Positions 63,018 through 64,000 of a DNA stretch of 64,000 nt are shown piece by piece. Source of the stretch: Lama glama (Eukaryota). The DNA is taken from positions 93,064,001 through 93,128,000 of the forward strand of contig CM052816.1 in assembly GCA_028534125.1 (NCBI GenBank), read 5' to 3'. Made by a program: the position numbers and the translations under genes. Numbering within the stretch: position 1 is the first letter of the stretch; each line of letters begins with the position of its first letter. Below the pieces are notes generated by a model. It was not told the origin of the DNA. It ran no database searches and saw only the letters and a program-made list of their open reading frames with translations.

Positions 63018-63319
63018 GTGACCTTTTTAGTTTTTTTGACCTTCCATACAACCAAAACCTTAATGTATTTTAAACACATACATTTTTCCCCTTAATATAG
63101 AGAAGCCCATTGTGGAATATAGTATGTAGTTACATTAAAAAAATATGATTTGGTATGGTTATAATTAGAATTGGTTTCTATGTAATTAAATATACTCATT
63201 TAGTGTTCTTACTTACCTGTGCTCAGAGATCATGCATCATTTGCCAATCTTTTTTTTTATTTGTATGTTTATTCATGTGTGAATCATTTCTGATGAGTTT
63301 TCACTTGTATTTTTATTAG

Positions 63320-63558
63320 AATCAGTTTGATAATATCTATCGGAAATACCTCACCTATACTGGGGGAGAGGAGCTTTTTGGCTTGCCAGTTACGCAGTAT
63401 CCCCAGCTTCTCGAAATCAAGAAGCAACTAAATCTTCTACAGAAAGTATACACTCTGTACAACAGCGTCATAGAAACTGTAGATAGCTATCACGATATCC
63501 TTTGGTCAGAAGTGAATATTGAAAAAATCAACAGTGAACTTTTAGAGTTCCAGAACAG
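63320..63558 (+). CDS. DNAH5: DNAH5 exon 27 (239 bp)
   Basis: tag|[33 protein letters not shown]...ELLEFQN; donor AG|gtgaga. Confidence 0.96.
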
Positions 63559-64000
63559 GTGAGAAATTAAGTGTTTAGCATGCCCAGAGCTCTTGAACCT
63601 CAAATGCTTTCCTCTTTGATAGGCTGTCAAGTTCTTTTTTCACTCAGATGTTTCAAAAGCACAACGTACTGCATTGCTCTTGTCCGTTGACATCACCCTT
63701 GTCAAACACTATTTATTAATTACCCTTGTGTGTACCTGGTGAGACAAGCACATCCTTTAAACCTGGATGAATCTTGTCAGGGGCTTTTCTGCAGCTTAGA
63801 GGGAGCTGATCTCTATTTATATTACAGTTACCAAACATTTGAAGTTTGTGTTAGATGATTTCCTGGAATAAAAGCAAGAACCCTGTGATTTTTCTACATC
63901 CTTTAAGTGTTGAACCCAAAGAAAATGGAGGGTCATTTGTTGTGTTTTTCAGTTGACAGCCTAGTACACTGTGCTGTGCTTTGTACTTAGTAGGGTCTCA

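Larger units (their letters stand above)
6594..63558 (+). other. DNAH5: DNAH5 gene, 5' portion (coding exons 1-27; continues beyond window)
   Basis: Spliced translation from MFRLGRRQLWKQSITRVLT to [10 protein letters not shown] matches the recalled mammalian DNAH5 N-terminal tail; exon phases are consistent throughout. Confidence 0.97.

Overview
Mammalian genomic DNA containing the 5' part of DNAH5 (dynein axonemal heavy chain 5) on the + strand. The tRNA-Ala-derived Vic-1-type SINEs suggest a camelid. I traced 25 coding exons by hand (exons 1-14 and 17-27, ATG at 6594), all with AG/GT boundaries and consistent frame; the gene continues past the right edge. The end of exon 14 and all of exons 15-16 are not visible and most likely lie in the second of two exactly 500-N gaps, which must then be larger than shown. 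Introns carry SINE, L1, L2, MIR, MaLR/ERVL LTR and DNA-transposon relics. Exon numbering, human-protein comparisons and repeat-family names come from memory, not from database searches. I found no evidence of a previously undescribed biological system. The most notable items are the hidden exons, an A10 tract in place of the exon 14 polypyrimidine tract, a twin-primed 5'-inverted L1, candidate RFX/FOX regulatory motifs and a 76-bp tandem duplication whose copies differ only at CpG sites.
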